Assembly: GCA_963765675.1 (NCBI GenBank)
Contig: CAVXXK010000001.1
Location: forward strand, 1,344,001 to 1,408,000
Source: an uncultured delta proteobacterium
GTDB taxonomy: Bacteria > Desulfobacterota > Binatia > Binatales > Binataceae
Length of the DNA: 64,000 nucleotides
Direction: 5' to 3'
The translations under genes and the position numbers were made by a program. The notes under the pieces were generated by a model. The model had not been told where the DNA came from and searched no databases. It saw nothing but the letters and a program-made list of their open reading frames with translations. Of the stretch, positions 39,972-52,989 are shown in pieces (the first letter of the stretch is position 1; each line of letters begins with the position of its first letter).

Positions 39972-40580
39972 ATGAAGCTGTACGATTTCACGCTCGCGCC
40001 GAGTCCGCGGCGGGTGCGGATTTTCCTGGCCGAGAAAGGAATCACGATTGCGCTCGAGCAGGTCGATATCATGCGCAACGCGAACCGCACGCCAAAGTTC
40101 TACCGGATGAACCCGCTCGGCTCGCTGCCGATCCTCGAGCTCGACGACGGATCGTACCTGAGCGAGAGCGTCGCGGTCTGCCGCTACTTCGAGGAACTGC
40201 ATCCAGAGCCCGCTCTGTTCGGCGTCGGCGCAAAGGAACAGGCGATCGTGGAGATGTGGAACCGGCGGGTCGAGCTATCGATCTTCGCGCCGGTCGGCCA
40301 CGTCTGGTCGCATCTGAGTCCCGTGTCGGAAGGACGTTCGAAACGGATAAGAGAGTTCGGATTGATCCAGCGCGATGCCGCGGCTGCTGGATTCGCGATG
40401 CTGGATCGCGCGCTCGGCGATAGTCAGTTTATCGCGGGCGCGCGATTCTCAATCGCGGATATCACCACGCTCTGTATGATCGATTTCGCGCGGACCGTCG
40501 ATATCACTATTCAGCCCGAGCAAAAGAATCTAGCGCGATGGTACACCGCCGTTTCGGCGCGCCCGAGCGCTGCGGCATAG
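39972..40580 (+). CDS. Glutathione S-transferase family protein (tandem paralogue)
   Basis: Same length (202 aa) and same motifs as the preceding gene. Confidence 0.92.
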   Translation: MKLYDFTLAPSPRRVRIFLAEKGITIALEQVDIMRNANRTPKFYRMNPLGSLPILELDDGSYLSESVAVCRYFEELHPEPALFGVGAKEQAIVEMWNRRVELSIFAPVGHVWSHLSPVSEGRSKRIREFGLIQRDAAAAGFAMLDRALGDSQFIAGARFSIADITTLCMIDFARTVDITIQPEQKNLARWYTAVSARPSAAA

Positions 40581-40588
40581 AATACCGT

Positions 40589-41818
40589 TCAGGGTATGAG
40601 CTGGTGGTAGTTGCGCTTGAAAGGCGGAGGGTTTTGGCGGAAAAATTCCTTGGATTCTGGTGAAGGCGGGCCGTTGCGTAGGCAGAGGTCATATGACCTC
40701 CCTTGCCCCAGCGGTCCCGTTGCGATGCCTAGGACAACGGTCGCATTGAATTCTACCTGCGTTGCTTCAACGAGGTACGGAAGATGATGCACCCGTCGCT
40801 CTCGGGGCTCATCGGAGACAAGAAACAAAAATGCCACGCCGAGCGCCCGTCGGAAGTAGGGTATCCAATGAACCTGCTTATCATGAGCTGCGGCTTCGCA
40901 GGTCTCCACTAATAACTTTCCCGCTGCGATCCTTCGGTTCCTGTCGAGCCAAGCCAACGGAGTCGCGATCTGTGCCAACTCAGAGGGAGACACCCGCGAA
41001 TTCCAAGGTAACGAAAAATCGCCATCATGGATGTGGGCGATAATGTCGTCTATAGCCTGACTGTATCGCCAGTCGGGAAGGGTTTTTATAACGCCGAAAG
41101 CAGTCGACCGAAAAAGCCTAACAGTTCGTTCCAACACCTCATCGGTGATCTCCGGCTTGTACAGCTTCATGAGGTCACCAATTCGATCCGCAACCTTTTC
41201 AATAGTGACGTTTTCGGCGTGAACCTTGCGATCCAGGTATGAGCGCATGTCGTAGCGGAACTCTAAGTACGGGATGAAATCGCCAGCCGTATCGAACCGG
41301 TCCATCAACATAAGGAAATCGATCAGCGAAAGCACATGGACTGGGAAATCGAATCTGCTTAGCTCGGGAACTATCTCCTCAGCGGCGAAAGGTTTCGTGT
41401 CAGTAGGTTGGGCTAAAATGATTAGGCCTATTCTGCTTTGATACTGACCAGCGTTGAACGGCACTTTTCCAAAAAGAGGGTTCTCAAGCTCACGTATGCT
41501 TCCGCCGAACATCATGCGATTGGTGTGCTGGAGTTGCTTTGCCGCTTTCTTTAGTTCCTTTCTGGCCCAAAGAAGCGGATCACGAGAAGAAAACTGCGCC
41601 TTGATCTGCACCATCATCGCTACGTCATCAAACAGCACGACGGCGTCCCCTAGCTCGCCCTTACCTCCGCGCTCAGGCGGATTTCGATACACAAAATCAA
41701 GGAAAAAGGTACGCTCCAGAACCCACTGAGCAATTGCTTCTTGATATTTACCCGGATCACCGCCGCCTTCAGGCGGTGGTGTCATTGCGAAGCGACCATG
41801 CGGAACGATTATCGCCAT
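40589..41818 (-). CDS. Hypothetical protein, putative PD-(D/E)xK/NERD-like nuclease
   Basis: 409-aa ORF, visibly lower GC; E...ELGD-x10-QIK motif followed by 'AAKQL'. Confidence 0.6.
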   Translation of the reverse strand: MAIIVPHGRFAMTPPPEGGGDPGKYQEAIAQWVLERTFFLDFVYRNPPERGGKGELGDAVVLFDDVAMMVQIKAQFSSRDPLLWARKELKKAAKQLQHTNRMMFGGSIRELENPLFGKVPFNAGQYQSRIGLIILAQPTDTKPFAAEEIVPELSRFDFPVHVLSLIDFLMLMDRFDTAGDFIPYLEFRYDMRSYLDRKVHAENVTIEKVADRIGDLMKLYKPEITDEVLERTVRLFRSTAFGVIKTLPDWRYSQAIDDIIAHIHDGDFSLPWNSRVSPSELAQIATPLAWLDRNRRIAAGKLLVETCEAAAHDKQVHWIPYFRRALGVAFLFLVSDEPRERRVHHLPYLVEATQVEFNATVVLGIATGPLGQGRSYDLCLRNGPPSPESKEFFRQNPPPFKRNYHQLIP

Positions 41819-41898
41819 TTGCTTAAGGTCGGCGGAGATCGCCGGAAATCTCGATCCGATTTCTTGACCGCACCTTCTACGTGCGGAATGGTCCTCGA

Positions 41899-44433
41899 CT
41901 ACTCATCATCCGAGCTATTTCCGTTAGTGCCGTTGCCGTTCGTGTCGTCGTCTTCGCCTTCAGCCAGGTTCGCGACCGCGCGCACGCGTTCCGTCTCTTC
42001 TTGCCTGACAAGGCGCACGCCCTGCGCGTTGCGGCCGGTGATTCGGACGTCCTTCACCTTCAGCCGGATGATCTTTCCGCCGTCGGTGATGAGCATCAAC
42101 TGGTCGTCGGTGCCGACTTGCCGCACCGCGATTACTTTGCCGGTCTTCTCGGTCACGTTCATCGTGATGACGCCCTTGCCGCCGCGATGCGTCAGCCGAT
42201 ACTCGTCGGCCGGGGTGCGCTTGCCGAAACCCAACTCGCTCACGGTCAGCAGGGTTTCGTCATCACGCACCGTGGACATCGAGACGACTTCGTCCTGTAC
42301 CAGCGTTACGGTTTTGCCTTCCTTGACGGTCTCTGATTCGAGTTCCATGCCGGTGACGCCGCCGGTTGCGCGGCCCATCGGGCGCACTTCTTCTTCCTTG
42401 AAGCGAATCGCCTGGCCGGCGCGGGTCGAGAGCACGATCTGCTGGTTGCCGTCGGTGATGCGCACGTCGACCAGCGAGTCGCCGTCCTCGAGGTTGATCG
42501 CGATGATGCCTGTGGAGCGGATGTTGTCGTATTCTTCGAGCGGAGTTTTCTTGACCCGTCCGCGGCGGGTCGAAAAGAAGACAAACTTGCCCGCCATCTC
42601 GCGCGGCACCGGCATGAACGCTTGCAGCGTTTCGTCAGTGCCGAGGCTCAGCAGGTTTGCGACCGAGCGTCCCTTCGCGGCGCGTCCGCCCTCAGGCATC
42701 TCGTACGCCTTTAGCTGATAAACCTTGCCCATGCTGGTGAAGAACATCAGGCGGTCGTGCGTCGATACGCGTTCGAGATGCTCGACGAAATCCTCGTCGC
42801 TGGTGGTCGCGCCGATCTTGCCGCGGCCTCCGCGCTTCTGCGTGCGATAGAGCGATAGCGGAGTGCGCTTGATATAGCCGCCGTGAGTGACGGTGACGAG
42901 CACGTCTTCCTCGACGATCAGATCCTCGATCGAGAACTCGCCCTCGGCCTCGACGATCTGCGTGCGCCGCGCGTCGCCAAATTCCTCCTTGATCGAACGC
43001 AGGTCGTTCGCGACCAGCTTCATCAGCTCTTTCTCGTCGGCGAGGATCTTCTTGAGCCGTTTGATCGTGTCTTCGACTTCCTTGTGCTCGGTCTCGATCT
43101 TCTCGCGCTCGAGCGAGGTCAGGCGGCGCAGCGTCAAATCCAAAATCGCCTGCGCCTGGATCTGCGTCAGGCTGAACTGGCGCATCAATCCCGAGCGCGC
43201 GGCCTCGGCGTCCTTGGAAGCCCTGATGAGCTTGATCACCGCGTCGAGGTTCTTCAGCGCGATGAGCAGTCCATCGAGGATATGCAGGCGCGCCTCGGCC
43301 TCGCGCAGCTCGAATTGCGTGCGGCGCGTGAGGACGATTTTGCGATGCTCGATGAAGGCGAGCAGGATCTCGCGCAGATTGAGCTCGCGCGGACGTCCCT
43401 CGTGAATGCCGAGCAGTATGATTCCGTAACTCTGCTGCATCTGCGTGAGCTTGTAGAGCTGATTGAGTACGATGCGCGGTTCGGCGTCGCGCTTGAGCTC
43501 GATCACGATCCGCATCCCGTCGCGATCCGACTCGTCGCGCAGATCGCTGATTCCGTCGATCCGCTTGTCGTTGACCAGCTCGGCCATCCGCTCGATCAGG
43601 CGCGCCTTGTTCACTTGGTAGGGAATCTCGCGCACGATAATCGACGCGCGGCCCGAGCGCTTGTCGGTCTCGATCGCGGCCAGAGCACGCATCAGCAGCG
43701 AGCCGCGTCCTGTCAGGTAGGCCTGCCGGATCGCCTGGCGCCCGAGCAACTGTCCGCCGGTCGGAAAGTCGGGGCCGGGAATGATGTCGAGAATCTTCTC
43801 CATTGTCAGCGCCGGATTTTCGATCAGCGCGAGCAACGCGTCGCAGATCTCGGTCAGATTGTGCGGCGGGATATTGGTCGCCATCCCGACCGCGATTCCG
43901 TCCGAGCCGTTCATCAGCAGGTTCGGAATCTCAGCGGGCAGGACTTCGGGTTCTTCCTGCGAGCCGTCGTAGTTGGGAATGAAATCGACCGTGTCCTTGT
44001 CGATATCGAGCAGCAGGCGCTCGGCCAGGCGCGTGAGCTTGCACTCCGTGTAACGCATCGCGGCCGGCGGGTCGCCGTCAACCGAGCCGAAGTTGCCCTG
44101 TCCGTCGATCAACGGGTAGCGCATGCTGAACGGCTGCGCCATCCGGGCCAGCGCGTCGTACACCGACATATCGCCGTGCGGATGATATTTTCCGAGCACA
44201 TCGCCGACCACGGCCGCGCACTTGATATAGCGGCGATTCGAGAGCAGGCCCGCGCGGAACATCGCGTACAGGATCCGGCGATGAACCGGCTTCAGCCCGT
44301 CGCGGATAACCGGCAGCGCGCGCCCGACATTTACCGACATCGCGTAGTCCAAATAGGACTGCTTCATGTCGTCTTCGATATTGAGCAGCGATGGTTCGTT
44401 GCGGATGGGTTCGTTGCCGTTGGTCTCAGCCAT
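41899..44433 (-). CDS. gyrA: DNA gyrase subunit A
   Basis: YHPHGD, AAMRYTE catalytic Tyr, GyrA-box QKRGGRG, pinwheel CTD. Confidence 0.98.
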   Translation of the reverse strand: MAETNGNEPIRNEPSLLNIEDDMKQSYLDYAMSVNVGRALPVIRDGLKPVHRRILYAMFRAGLLSNRRYIKCAAVVGDVLGKYHPHGDMSVYDALARMAQPFSMRYPLIDGQGNFGSVDGDPPAAMRYTECKLTRLAERLLLDIDKDTVDFIPNYDGSQEEPEVLPAEIPNLLMNGSDGIAVGMATNIPPHNLTEICDALLALIENPALTMEKILDIIPGPDFPTGGQLLGRQAIRQAYLTGRGSLLMRALAAIETDKRSGRASIIVREIPYQVNKARLIERMAELVNDKRIDGISDLRDESDRDGMRIVIELKRDAEPRIVLNQLYKLTQMQQSYGIILLGIHEGRPRELNLREILLAFIEHRKIVLTRRTQFELREAEARLHILDGLLIALKNLDAVIKLIRASKDAEAARSGLMRQFSLTQIQAQAILDLTLRRLTSLEREKIETEHKEVEDTIKRLKKILADEKELMKLVANDLRSIKEEFGDARRTQIVEAEGEFSIEDLIVEEDVLVTVTHGGYIKRTPLSLYRTQKRGGRGKIGATTSDEDFVEHLERVSTHDRLMFFTSMGKVYQLKAYEMPEGGRAAKGRSVANLLSLGTDETLQAFMPVPREMAGKFVFFSTRRGRVKKTPLEEYDNIRSTGIIAINLEDGDSLVDVRITDGNQQIVLSTRAGQAIRFKEEEVRPMGRATGGVTGMELESETVKEGKTVTLVQDEVVSMSTVRDDETLLTVSELGFGKRTPADEYRLTHRGGKGVITMNVTEKTGKVIAVRQVGTDDQLMLITDGGKIIRLKVKDVRITGRNAQGVRLVRQEETERVRAVANLAEGEDDDTNGNGTNGNSSDDE

Positions 44434-44477
44434 TTATTCCGGTTCTCCCGCGCGGAACTTGCGAAATTGAAAATCTG

Positions 44478-44717
44478 TCAGCAGCATGATTGGCGCAGCG
44501 ACGCCCACAGCGCGATATTCTGGCGCAGCTTCTCGCGATGACGCTGCCGCTGATGCGGTACCAGGTCGTAATCGAACGCGTCCTCCGGATGCGCGATCGC
44601 TTCGAGGTCGAGTGCGATTCCCAGCTCCTGCTCGGCGTCGCGCGCGTCGCGTTCGCACACCGCGCAATTCGTCACCATCGCGCGTATCTCGTCCTGCAGG
44701 AATTCTCTTGGTCCCAT
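44478..44717 (-). CDS. Small hypothetical protein (79 aa, CxxC and terminal CC)
   Basis: Fills the gyrB-gyrA gap on the same strand; protein-like composition. Confidence 0.55.
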   Translation of the reverse strand: MGPREFLQDEIRAMVTNCAVCERDARDAEQELGIALDLEAIAHPEDAFDYDLVPHQRQRHREKLRQNIALWASLRQSCC

Positions 44718-44766
44718 CAGACGGATCCGCCCATAACCGACGCGGCGCCGCACCGCGCCTGCGCGC

Positions 44767-47314
<2,548 letters not shown>

Positions 47315-47444
47315 TCAGAAGTTGGGTTTACTGAGCAATTATGCCGAAAAACTATCCACAGGCCGACTTGGTTTTCGGACCGTGGGTTCGTTTGGGTTCG
47401 TAGCGTAAATAGAATCTCGTTTCCAGTCGGTTATCGCGACCGAT

Positions 47445-48131
47445 TTAGGCGGCAGCGCGCTCGATTCCATCAAAGAATTGCCACCATAGGTCGAGCGAGC
47501 GTTCCGCAGCCGCGCGGATGCGCGCGCGCTCCGCGTCGCCGAGCGTCATCGTGGCGAGAATATTGTCGCCGACATCGCTGTGGTCGCGGTCGGCGATTTC
47601 ATGCACGTCGAAGAATGCGACCTGCTCGGGCGAGAGTGCGTAGTGCTTTTCCAAAGCGCGAGCGAACGGACCGAAGTTGCCGACGACCTGTCCTTCCGCG
47701 GCGACATTGATCGCGGCAATTCCCTCGGCGAAGGAGCGGTCCTTGGTCGACAGCTCGAACCAATCGATCAGCGCCGCCGTCGAGGCGAGCGGGCGCGCTT
47801 CGACCAGATCCGCGCGCGACATCCCGAGCGCGACGCCCAGCCGGATGAAGAGCTCGGGATGCGGCGCGCTGCCAGAGATCAGACCGGTCTCTTCTTCGTA
47901 CAGGCTCTCGGCGAGCTTCACGCGCTCCTGCGGATCGTGGCAGCGCGAGTGCAGCGCGCTGACTGCGCGCGGGAACTCGCGCACCTGCAGAAAGAACTGC
48001 GCCGCGAACACGCGCATCCCTGCCGCGGAGACCTTGCCGTCAGCGATTTTGAGCCACAGCGGATGCCGCCCGAACGAGCGCCGCTCTTTTACGACCGCGA
48101 ACAATTCGCGCACGAATGTTTCACTGGCCAT
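47445..48131 (-). CDS. PqqC/TenA/CADD-like haem-oxygenase-fold iron-binding protein
   Basis: EEETG...HPELF, AAEGQ, FFDVHEIADRDH putative di-iron ligands. Confidence 0.75.
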   Translation of the reverse strand: MASETFVRELFAVVKERRSFGRHPLWLKIADGKVSAAGMRVFAAQFFLQVREFPRAVSALHSRCHDPQERVKLAESLYEEETGLISGSAPHPELFIRLGVALGMSRADLVEARPLASTAALIDWFELSTKDRSFAEGIAAINVAAEGQVVGNFGPFARALEKHYALSPEQVAFFDVHEIADRDHSDVGDNILATMTLGDAERARIRAAAERSLDLWWQFFDGIERAAA

Positions 48132-48141
48132 GGCTAACCTC

Positions 48142-49431
48142 TCAGTCGATATGCTTCAGGTCGTCGAGCATTTCGTCCGGCCCGATATAGCCGGACTTGC
48201 GCACTTTTATTGCTCCGGTCGAATCAATAATCAACGTGGTCGGCACGCCTTCGACCCCGTACTTTCCGCGCAACTGGTCGGTCGCATGGTCGCTCTTGGT
48301 CAGGTCCGCGCGCATCACCACGAATCGCTGCGCCTCTTTGACCACTGCGGGATTGACGAAGGTTGAATGCTCCATCTCGCGGCAGGGTATACACCAATCA
48401 GCCGAGAAATCGATCAGCACCGGCCGGCGCTCGGACGCGGCGCTTTGGAGCGCCGTCGCATCGAACGGGGCGAACGCGATTTCTTTGAGCGCAGGCCGCG
48501 GAATCAGCAGATAGATCATCGCGGCCACCGCGATGACGCCGACCGCCATGCGGATTACCAGGAACGCGCGCAGCCTGCGTCCCGCGCCGGTTATGAATCC
48601 GAGCCAGATTCCCGCTGCCGCGGCATAGTAGGGCAGGATGCGCGAGATCAAGTGATGCGGAACCACCGGATCAAGGAAGTAGAGCGCGAGCCCGATCAGA
48701 ACGAAGCCAAATAACTGCTCAACCCACGCCAGCCACTCGCCGGAGCGTGGCAGCTTGCGGATACTACCGGCGGCCAGCGCAAGGAAGATGTACGGAAAGC
48801 CGAGCCCGATCGCGAGTGTGAAGAACAGCGCGAAGCCGAACAGCGGGCTGCCGTTGCGCTCGACCATCAGGAGCAGCCCCAGCACGAACGGCCCGATGCA
48901 CGGCGCGGCAACGACACCCATCCCGAGGCCCATCAGCGCCGCGCCCGCGTAACCCGGCCGCGCGATGCCCGCGCGCTGGAGCATCCACTGCGGAGGCTGC
49001 AGCGAGAACATCCCGAAGCTCGACAGCGCGAGCACGATCAGCATCGCGGCGAGAAGCGAGAGCACGTAAGGATTCTGCATCGCCGCGCCGAAGAGGCCGC
49101 CCGACATCGCCACCGCGACCCCGACCGCCGAGAACATCACCGCGATTCCCAACACGAACAGTATCGCCAGTGTCAGCACTCGGCGCGTTCCGCCGCCCTG
49201 GTTGCCAAAGTACGCGACCGTGACACCGATCAGCGGATAGACGCACGGCGTCAGATTCAGCGCGATTCCGCCGAGGAACACGAAAACGAAGCCAAGGAAC
49301 CATCCGTGATGCGCAAATACGTCGGCGGGCGCGTTTTCCGTGGCCGCGCAGGCAAGCTCCGCGCTGAAGGCCACGATGCACACGGCCAGCGCGGCGATTC
49401 CAGCCACACGTGATGTGGATCTGTGATTCAT
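48142..49431 (-). CDS. DsbD/CcdA-type thiol:disulfide interchange protein (TM + thioredoxin domains)
   Basis: LTPCVYP, AAPCIGP, DFSADWCIPC, GVPT; no nDsbD domain. Confidence 0.9.
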   Translation of the reverse strand: MNHRSTSRVAGIAALAVCIVAFSAELACAATENAPADVFAHHGWFLGFVFVFLGGIALNLTPCVYPLIGVTVAYFGNQGGGTRRVLTLAILFVLGIAVMFSAVGVAVAMSGGLFGAAMQNPYVLSLLAAMLIVLALSSFGMFSLQPPQWMLQRAGIARPGYAGAALMGLGMGVVAAPCIGPFVLGLLLMVERNGSPLFGFALFFTLAIGLGFPYIFLALAAGSIRKLPRSGEWLAWVEQLFGFVLIGLALYFLDPVVPHHLISRILPYYAAAAGIWLGFITGAGRRLRAFLVIRMAVGVIAVAAMIYLLIPRPALKEIAFAPFDATALQSAASERRPVLIDFSADWCIPCREMEHSTFVNPAVVKEAQRFVVMRADLTKSDHATDQLRGKYGVEGVPTTLIIDSTGAIKVRKSGYIGPDEMLDDLKHID

Positions 49432-49488
49432 CAACTCGATCAACCCGGCGCCGCGCGCGAGTCCACAGGCCCGATGGCACGAGCGGCT

Positions 49489-50679
49489 CTAGCCGTTTGC
49501 GGCCGAGGTTCGTTTGCCATTGGTGCTGGAGAGTGGGACCGAATCGACAATCTCGAGTCCGTAGCCGGGCAGGTTAGCCAGCCGCGGCGTCGCGTCGGAC
49601 ATGATGATCATTTTGCGCACGCCGATATCGCGCAGGATTTGCGCGCCGATACCGTAGTCGCGGAAGTCCGACTCGGTGGTGCCGTAGCGCGTGCTAGGCC
49701 GCTTGGACTTGGACTGCTGGCCGCCAAATCCCTCGAGCTCGGATGCGATCGCGTTGGACTCGCGCTTCAAATAGAGCAGCACGCCTTCGCCCGCCTGCGC
49801 GATTCGCTCCATCGCCGAGCGCAGCAGCTCGCGTGTGTTGCGTCCGGTGAAGCCGAACACGTCGCCGGGCAGGTACTCGCGATGCGCGCGGACCAGGATC
49901 GGACGCTGCGGATCGACGTTGCCCATCACCAGCACCAGGTGCTCGGTGTAGTCGACCAGGTTGCGGTATACGATCGCTTTGAAGTTCCCGTAACGGGTCG
50001 GCAGCCGCGCCTCCGCGATCTTCTGGACCATCGTCTCGGTGCGCAGCCGGTATTCGATAATGTCGGCGACGGTGACAATCTTGAGCCCGTGCACGCGCGC
50101 GAATTCAACCAGGTCGTCGCGCCGCGCCATATTGCCGTCGTCTTTCAAGATCTCGCAAATCACGCCCGCGGGCTTGAGCCCCGCAAGCCGCGCCAAATCC
50201 ACCGCGCCTTCTGTTTGCCCGGTCCGCACCAGCACTCCGCCTTCGCGCGCGCGCAGGGGATAGACGTAGCCTGGCGTAATGAACTCGCTGCCACTCGCGT
50301 CTTCGCGCACGGCCTGCAACACGGTGGTCGCGCGATCCTGCGCCGAGATTCCCTTGCCCGCACAGCGCCGCGCCGTGATCGCGGTGGTGAACGCGGTGCC
50401 CAGCGGAGCCTGGTTGTCGCCGACCATCATGCTGAGCCCGAGCCGATCGATCCGGTCCGCCGCCATCGGCAGGCAGATCAGTCCGCGCGCGAACTTGGCC
50501 ATGAAGTTTATCGCCTCGGGCGTGACCTTCTCCGCCGCCATCGAGAGGTCGCCTTCGTTTTCGCGCTGCTCGTCGTCCATCAGGATAATCATGTGGCCGC
50601 GGCGGGTTTCTTCCAGCGCCTCTTCGATCGTGATGAAAGGTGCGCGGGCTTTGGTGCGGGGATTGATTTCGCCAAACAT
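49489..50679 (-). CDS. ribB: 3,4-dihydroxy-2-butanone-4-phosphate synthase fused to degenerate GTP cyclohydrolase II (RibBX-type)
   Basis: RENEGDL, GLICL, GTAFT, RTGQTEG; C-domain RAHREYLPGD and RDYGIGAQIL lacks Zn cysteines. Confidence 0.88.
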   Translation of the reverse strand: MFGEINPRTKARAPFITIEEALEETRRGHMIILMDDEQRENEGDLSMAAEKVTPEAINFMAKFARGLICLPMAADRIDRLGLSMMVGDNQAPLGTAFTTAITARRCAGKGISAQDRATTVLQAVREDASGSEFITPGYVYPLRAREGGVLVRTGQTEGAVDLARLAGLKPAGVICEILKDDGNMARRDDLVEFARVHGLKIVTVADIIEYRLRTETMVQKIAEARLPTRYGNFKAIVYRNLVDYTEHLVLVMGNVDPQRPILVRAHREYLPGDVFGFTGRNTRELLRSAMERIAQAGEGVLLYLKRESNAIASELEGFGGQQSKSKRPSTRYGTTESDFRDYGIGAQILRDIGVRKMIIMSDATPRLANLPGYGLEIVDSVPLSSTNGKRTSAANG

Positions 50680-50814
50680 CGAATCTCTCAGGCGGACGGA
50701 CTAGGCTGCGCTCCGTATCCTAGGAAAATTCTACACTGGCGGCAAAGCGCATTCGATGGGCCGTCGGCTCGTTCGCGGGAGCATTGTCGGGCGCAGCGAT
50801 GCTATCGTGAGGCG

Positions 50815-51588
50815 ATGGATCGTTCGGCCTATACTGCGGTGCTGCTGGCCGCAGGACGCGGCACCCGCCTTGGCGCGCTTACCGCGGATACTCCCAAGCC
50901 TCTGCTCGAGGTCGTTGGCGCTCCGCTTATCGAGCATATCGTCCGCGCATTCGTCGACGCGGGAGTGTGGCGATTCATTGTCGTGACCGGATACTTGGGC
51001 GAGCAGGTTACCGCATGGTGCGCCAAATTTGCTGAGGACAATCCGGGGATCGAGATCGATCCCGTCGCACAAGCCGAGCTGAACGGTACCGCCGGCGCGA
51101 TTCTCGCCGCGCACGAGAAGGTTGCCGACCAGCCGAGTTTCATCTTCGGATGGGGCGACGTGCTGATGGATCGCGCGAACTATCGCCGCTTCGTCGCGCG
51201 CGCCGCGGAAAATGACTTCGACCTGTTGCTCGCCGCCAACCGGATGAAGGATCCATGGCGCGGCGCAGCGGTCTATCTGAGCGCCGACATGCACGTGGAA
51301 CGCCTGGTCGAGAAGCCTGCTCAGGGCGAATCCGATACCGAATGGAACAACGCCGGGCTGTTCGCCGCCAGGCAGATACTCTTCGATTATGTCACGCAGC
51401 TTACCCCGTCGCCGCGCGGAGAGCTCGAGTTGCCGCTGGCGATTGCCGCGATGATCAACGACGGTCGCGACGTTCGCGCGATCGATATGCGCGGCTTCTG
51501 GAGCGACGTCGGCACTCCGGCCGATCTGGAGGTCGCGCGCAAGCGCTTTCATCCGAAACCCGGAACGCGAAAGCCGAAAGCCAAGTGA
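50815..51588 (+). CDS. Sugar-phosphate nucleotidyltransferase (NTP_transferase family)
   Basis: LLAAGRGTRL...PKPL, VEKP, SPRGELEL, WSDVGT. Confidence 0.88.
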   Translation: MDRSAYTAVLLAAGRGTRLGALTADTPKPLLEVVGAPLIEHIVRAFVDAGVWRFIVVTGYLGEQVTAWCAKFAEDNPGIEIDPVAQAELNGTAGAILAAHEKVADQPSFIFGWGDVLMDRANYRRFVARAAENDFDLLLAANRMKDPWRGAAVYLSADMHVERLVEKPAQGESDTEWNNAGLFAARQILFDYVTQLTPSPRGELELPLAIAAMINDGRDVRAIDMRGFWSDVGTPADLEVARKRFHPKPGTRKPKAK

Positions 51589-52982
51589 ACCTCAGGCCGG
51601 AAGACGGATGGAATTCCGCCGAACTCGAACGCGCTGGTGCCCAGGTCCGCGAGCTGCGCGCGCTGGGTGGTGCGGACTCGCGTATCGTCGCGGTGCGCGC
51701 GCCCGGCCGCGTCAATCTTATCGGTGAGCACACAGACTATAGCGGCTTGCCGGTCCTGCCGGCCGCGATCGATCGCTCGACGATAATCGTTGCGATCGCG
51801 TCGCTCGAACATGAGATGGTCCTGCGCAACACCGACCGAGCATTCGGATCGCGCAGGTTTCAGATCGAAAAAGCAATTCCCGCCTATCCAGTCGGCGACT
51901 GGGCCAACTACGTCAAGGCCGGTATCCAGGGCGTGATCGATCACTTCGGCGCGCGCGGCTTATCGGACGCGAAGCTGCGCGGCGCGACGATGATCGTCGA
52001 TGGCCGCGTGCCCGTTGCGGCTGGCTTGTCATCGTCGTCGGCGCTGACCGTCGCCGCGGCGCTCGCGTTCATGGCTCTCAACGGACTCGAGCTTGCGCCG
52101 CTCGAGTGCGCCGCGATGCTCGCGCGAAGCGAATGGTATGTCGGCACGCGCGGCGGCGGAATGGATCAGGCCGCGTCGCTGTTGGGCCAGCGCGATCATG
52201 CTCTCTTCATCGAATTTAATCCGCTGCGTGTGCGCGCGATCAAAATGCCCTCCGGCGCGGCGCTGGTCGTGGCCGACAGTTGCGAGGTCGCAGACAAATC
52301 CGGCAGCGTGCGTAACGAGTACAATCGCCGCGTCGTCGAATGCTCGCTGGCGGCGCGAATTATCGCGCGCCAGATGAAGCTCGACGGAGTCCGGACACTC
52401 GGCGACGTCGCGAAGGCAATCGCGAACTGGAGTGCGGCGGATTTGATCTCGATTCTGGAAGCGGCTGCGCCCCTGCGGCTCGCTCCCGACCTTGCCGACG
52501 CCGCGCATATCCTCGGAGCCTCGCGCGACGCACTTGCCGATGATCTTCTCGGCGGCGGCGCTCTTGGCGTCAAGCTAGATCCGTCAGCGCCGCTCGAGAT
52601 TCTCCGGCGCGCGAGGCACGTGCTGACCGAGACTGAGCGCGTGATCCGCGCGGCCGCGATTCTCGAAGAGGGGGATTTGGACGCGATGGGTGCGCTGATG
52701 AACGCCTCGCACGCGAGCCTGGCCGAAGACTTTGATTGCTCGACGCCGCGCCTGGACCTTCTCGTCGGCGCCGCGCGCAAGGGCGGGGCGCTCGGCGCAC
52801 GTCTGACCGGCGCGGGATTTGGCGGTTCGATCATCGCGCTCAGCCGCGCCGCCGACGTCGAGCGAATATTCGATTCGATCGATCGCGAGTACTACACGCC
52901 CCTCGGAATCGAACCTTACGGCAAACGCGCAGTCCTGCACGCCGGCGCAGGCGCGAGCACAATCGACATAGCGGCGGCGTGA
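51585..52982 (+). CDS. galK: Galactokinase (GHMP kinase)
   Basis: PGRVNLIGEHTDY, GLSSSSA, GGMDQ, GARLTGAGFGG; GTGA overlap with upstream gene. Confidence 0.9.
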   Translation: MNLRPEDGWNSAELERAGAQVRELRALGGADSRIVAVRAPGRVNLIGEHTDYSGLPVLPAAIDRSTIIVAIASLEHEMVLRNTDRAFGSRRFQIEKAIPAYPVGDWANYVKAGIQGVIDHFGARGLSDAKLRGATMIVDGRVPVAAGLSSSSALTVAAALAFMALNGLELAPLECAAMLARSEWYVGTRGGGMDQAASLLGQRDHALFIEFNPLRVRAIKMPSGAALVVADSCEVADKSGSVRNEYNRRVVECSLAARIIARQMKLDGVRTLGDVAKAIANWSAADLISILEAAAPLRLAPDLADAAHILGASRDALADDLLGGGALGVKLDPSAPLEILRRARHVLTETERVIRAAAILEEGDLDAMGALMNASHASLAEDFDCSTPRLDLLVGAARKGGALGARLTGAGFGGSIIALSRAADVERIFDSIDREYYTPLGIEPYGKRAVLHAGAGASTIDIAAA

Positions 52983-52989
52983 GGCGCGC

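Noticed and set aside
49423-50814. 721-aa fusion ORF 49423-51588
   Set aside because: The first 464 codons are the antisense shadow of ribBX; the real gene starts at 50815.
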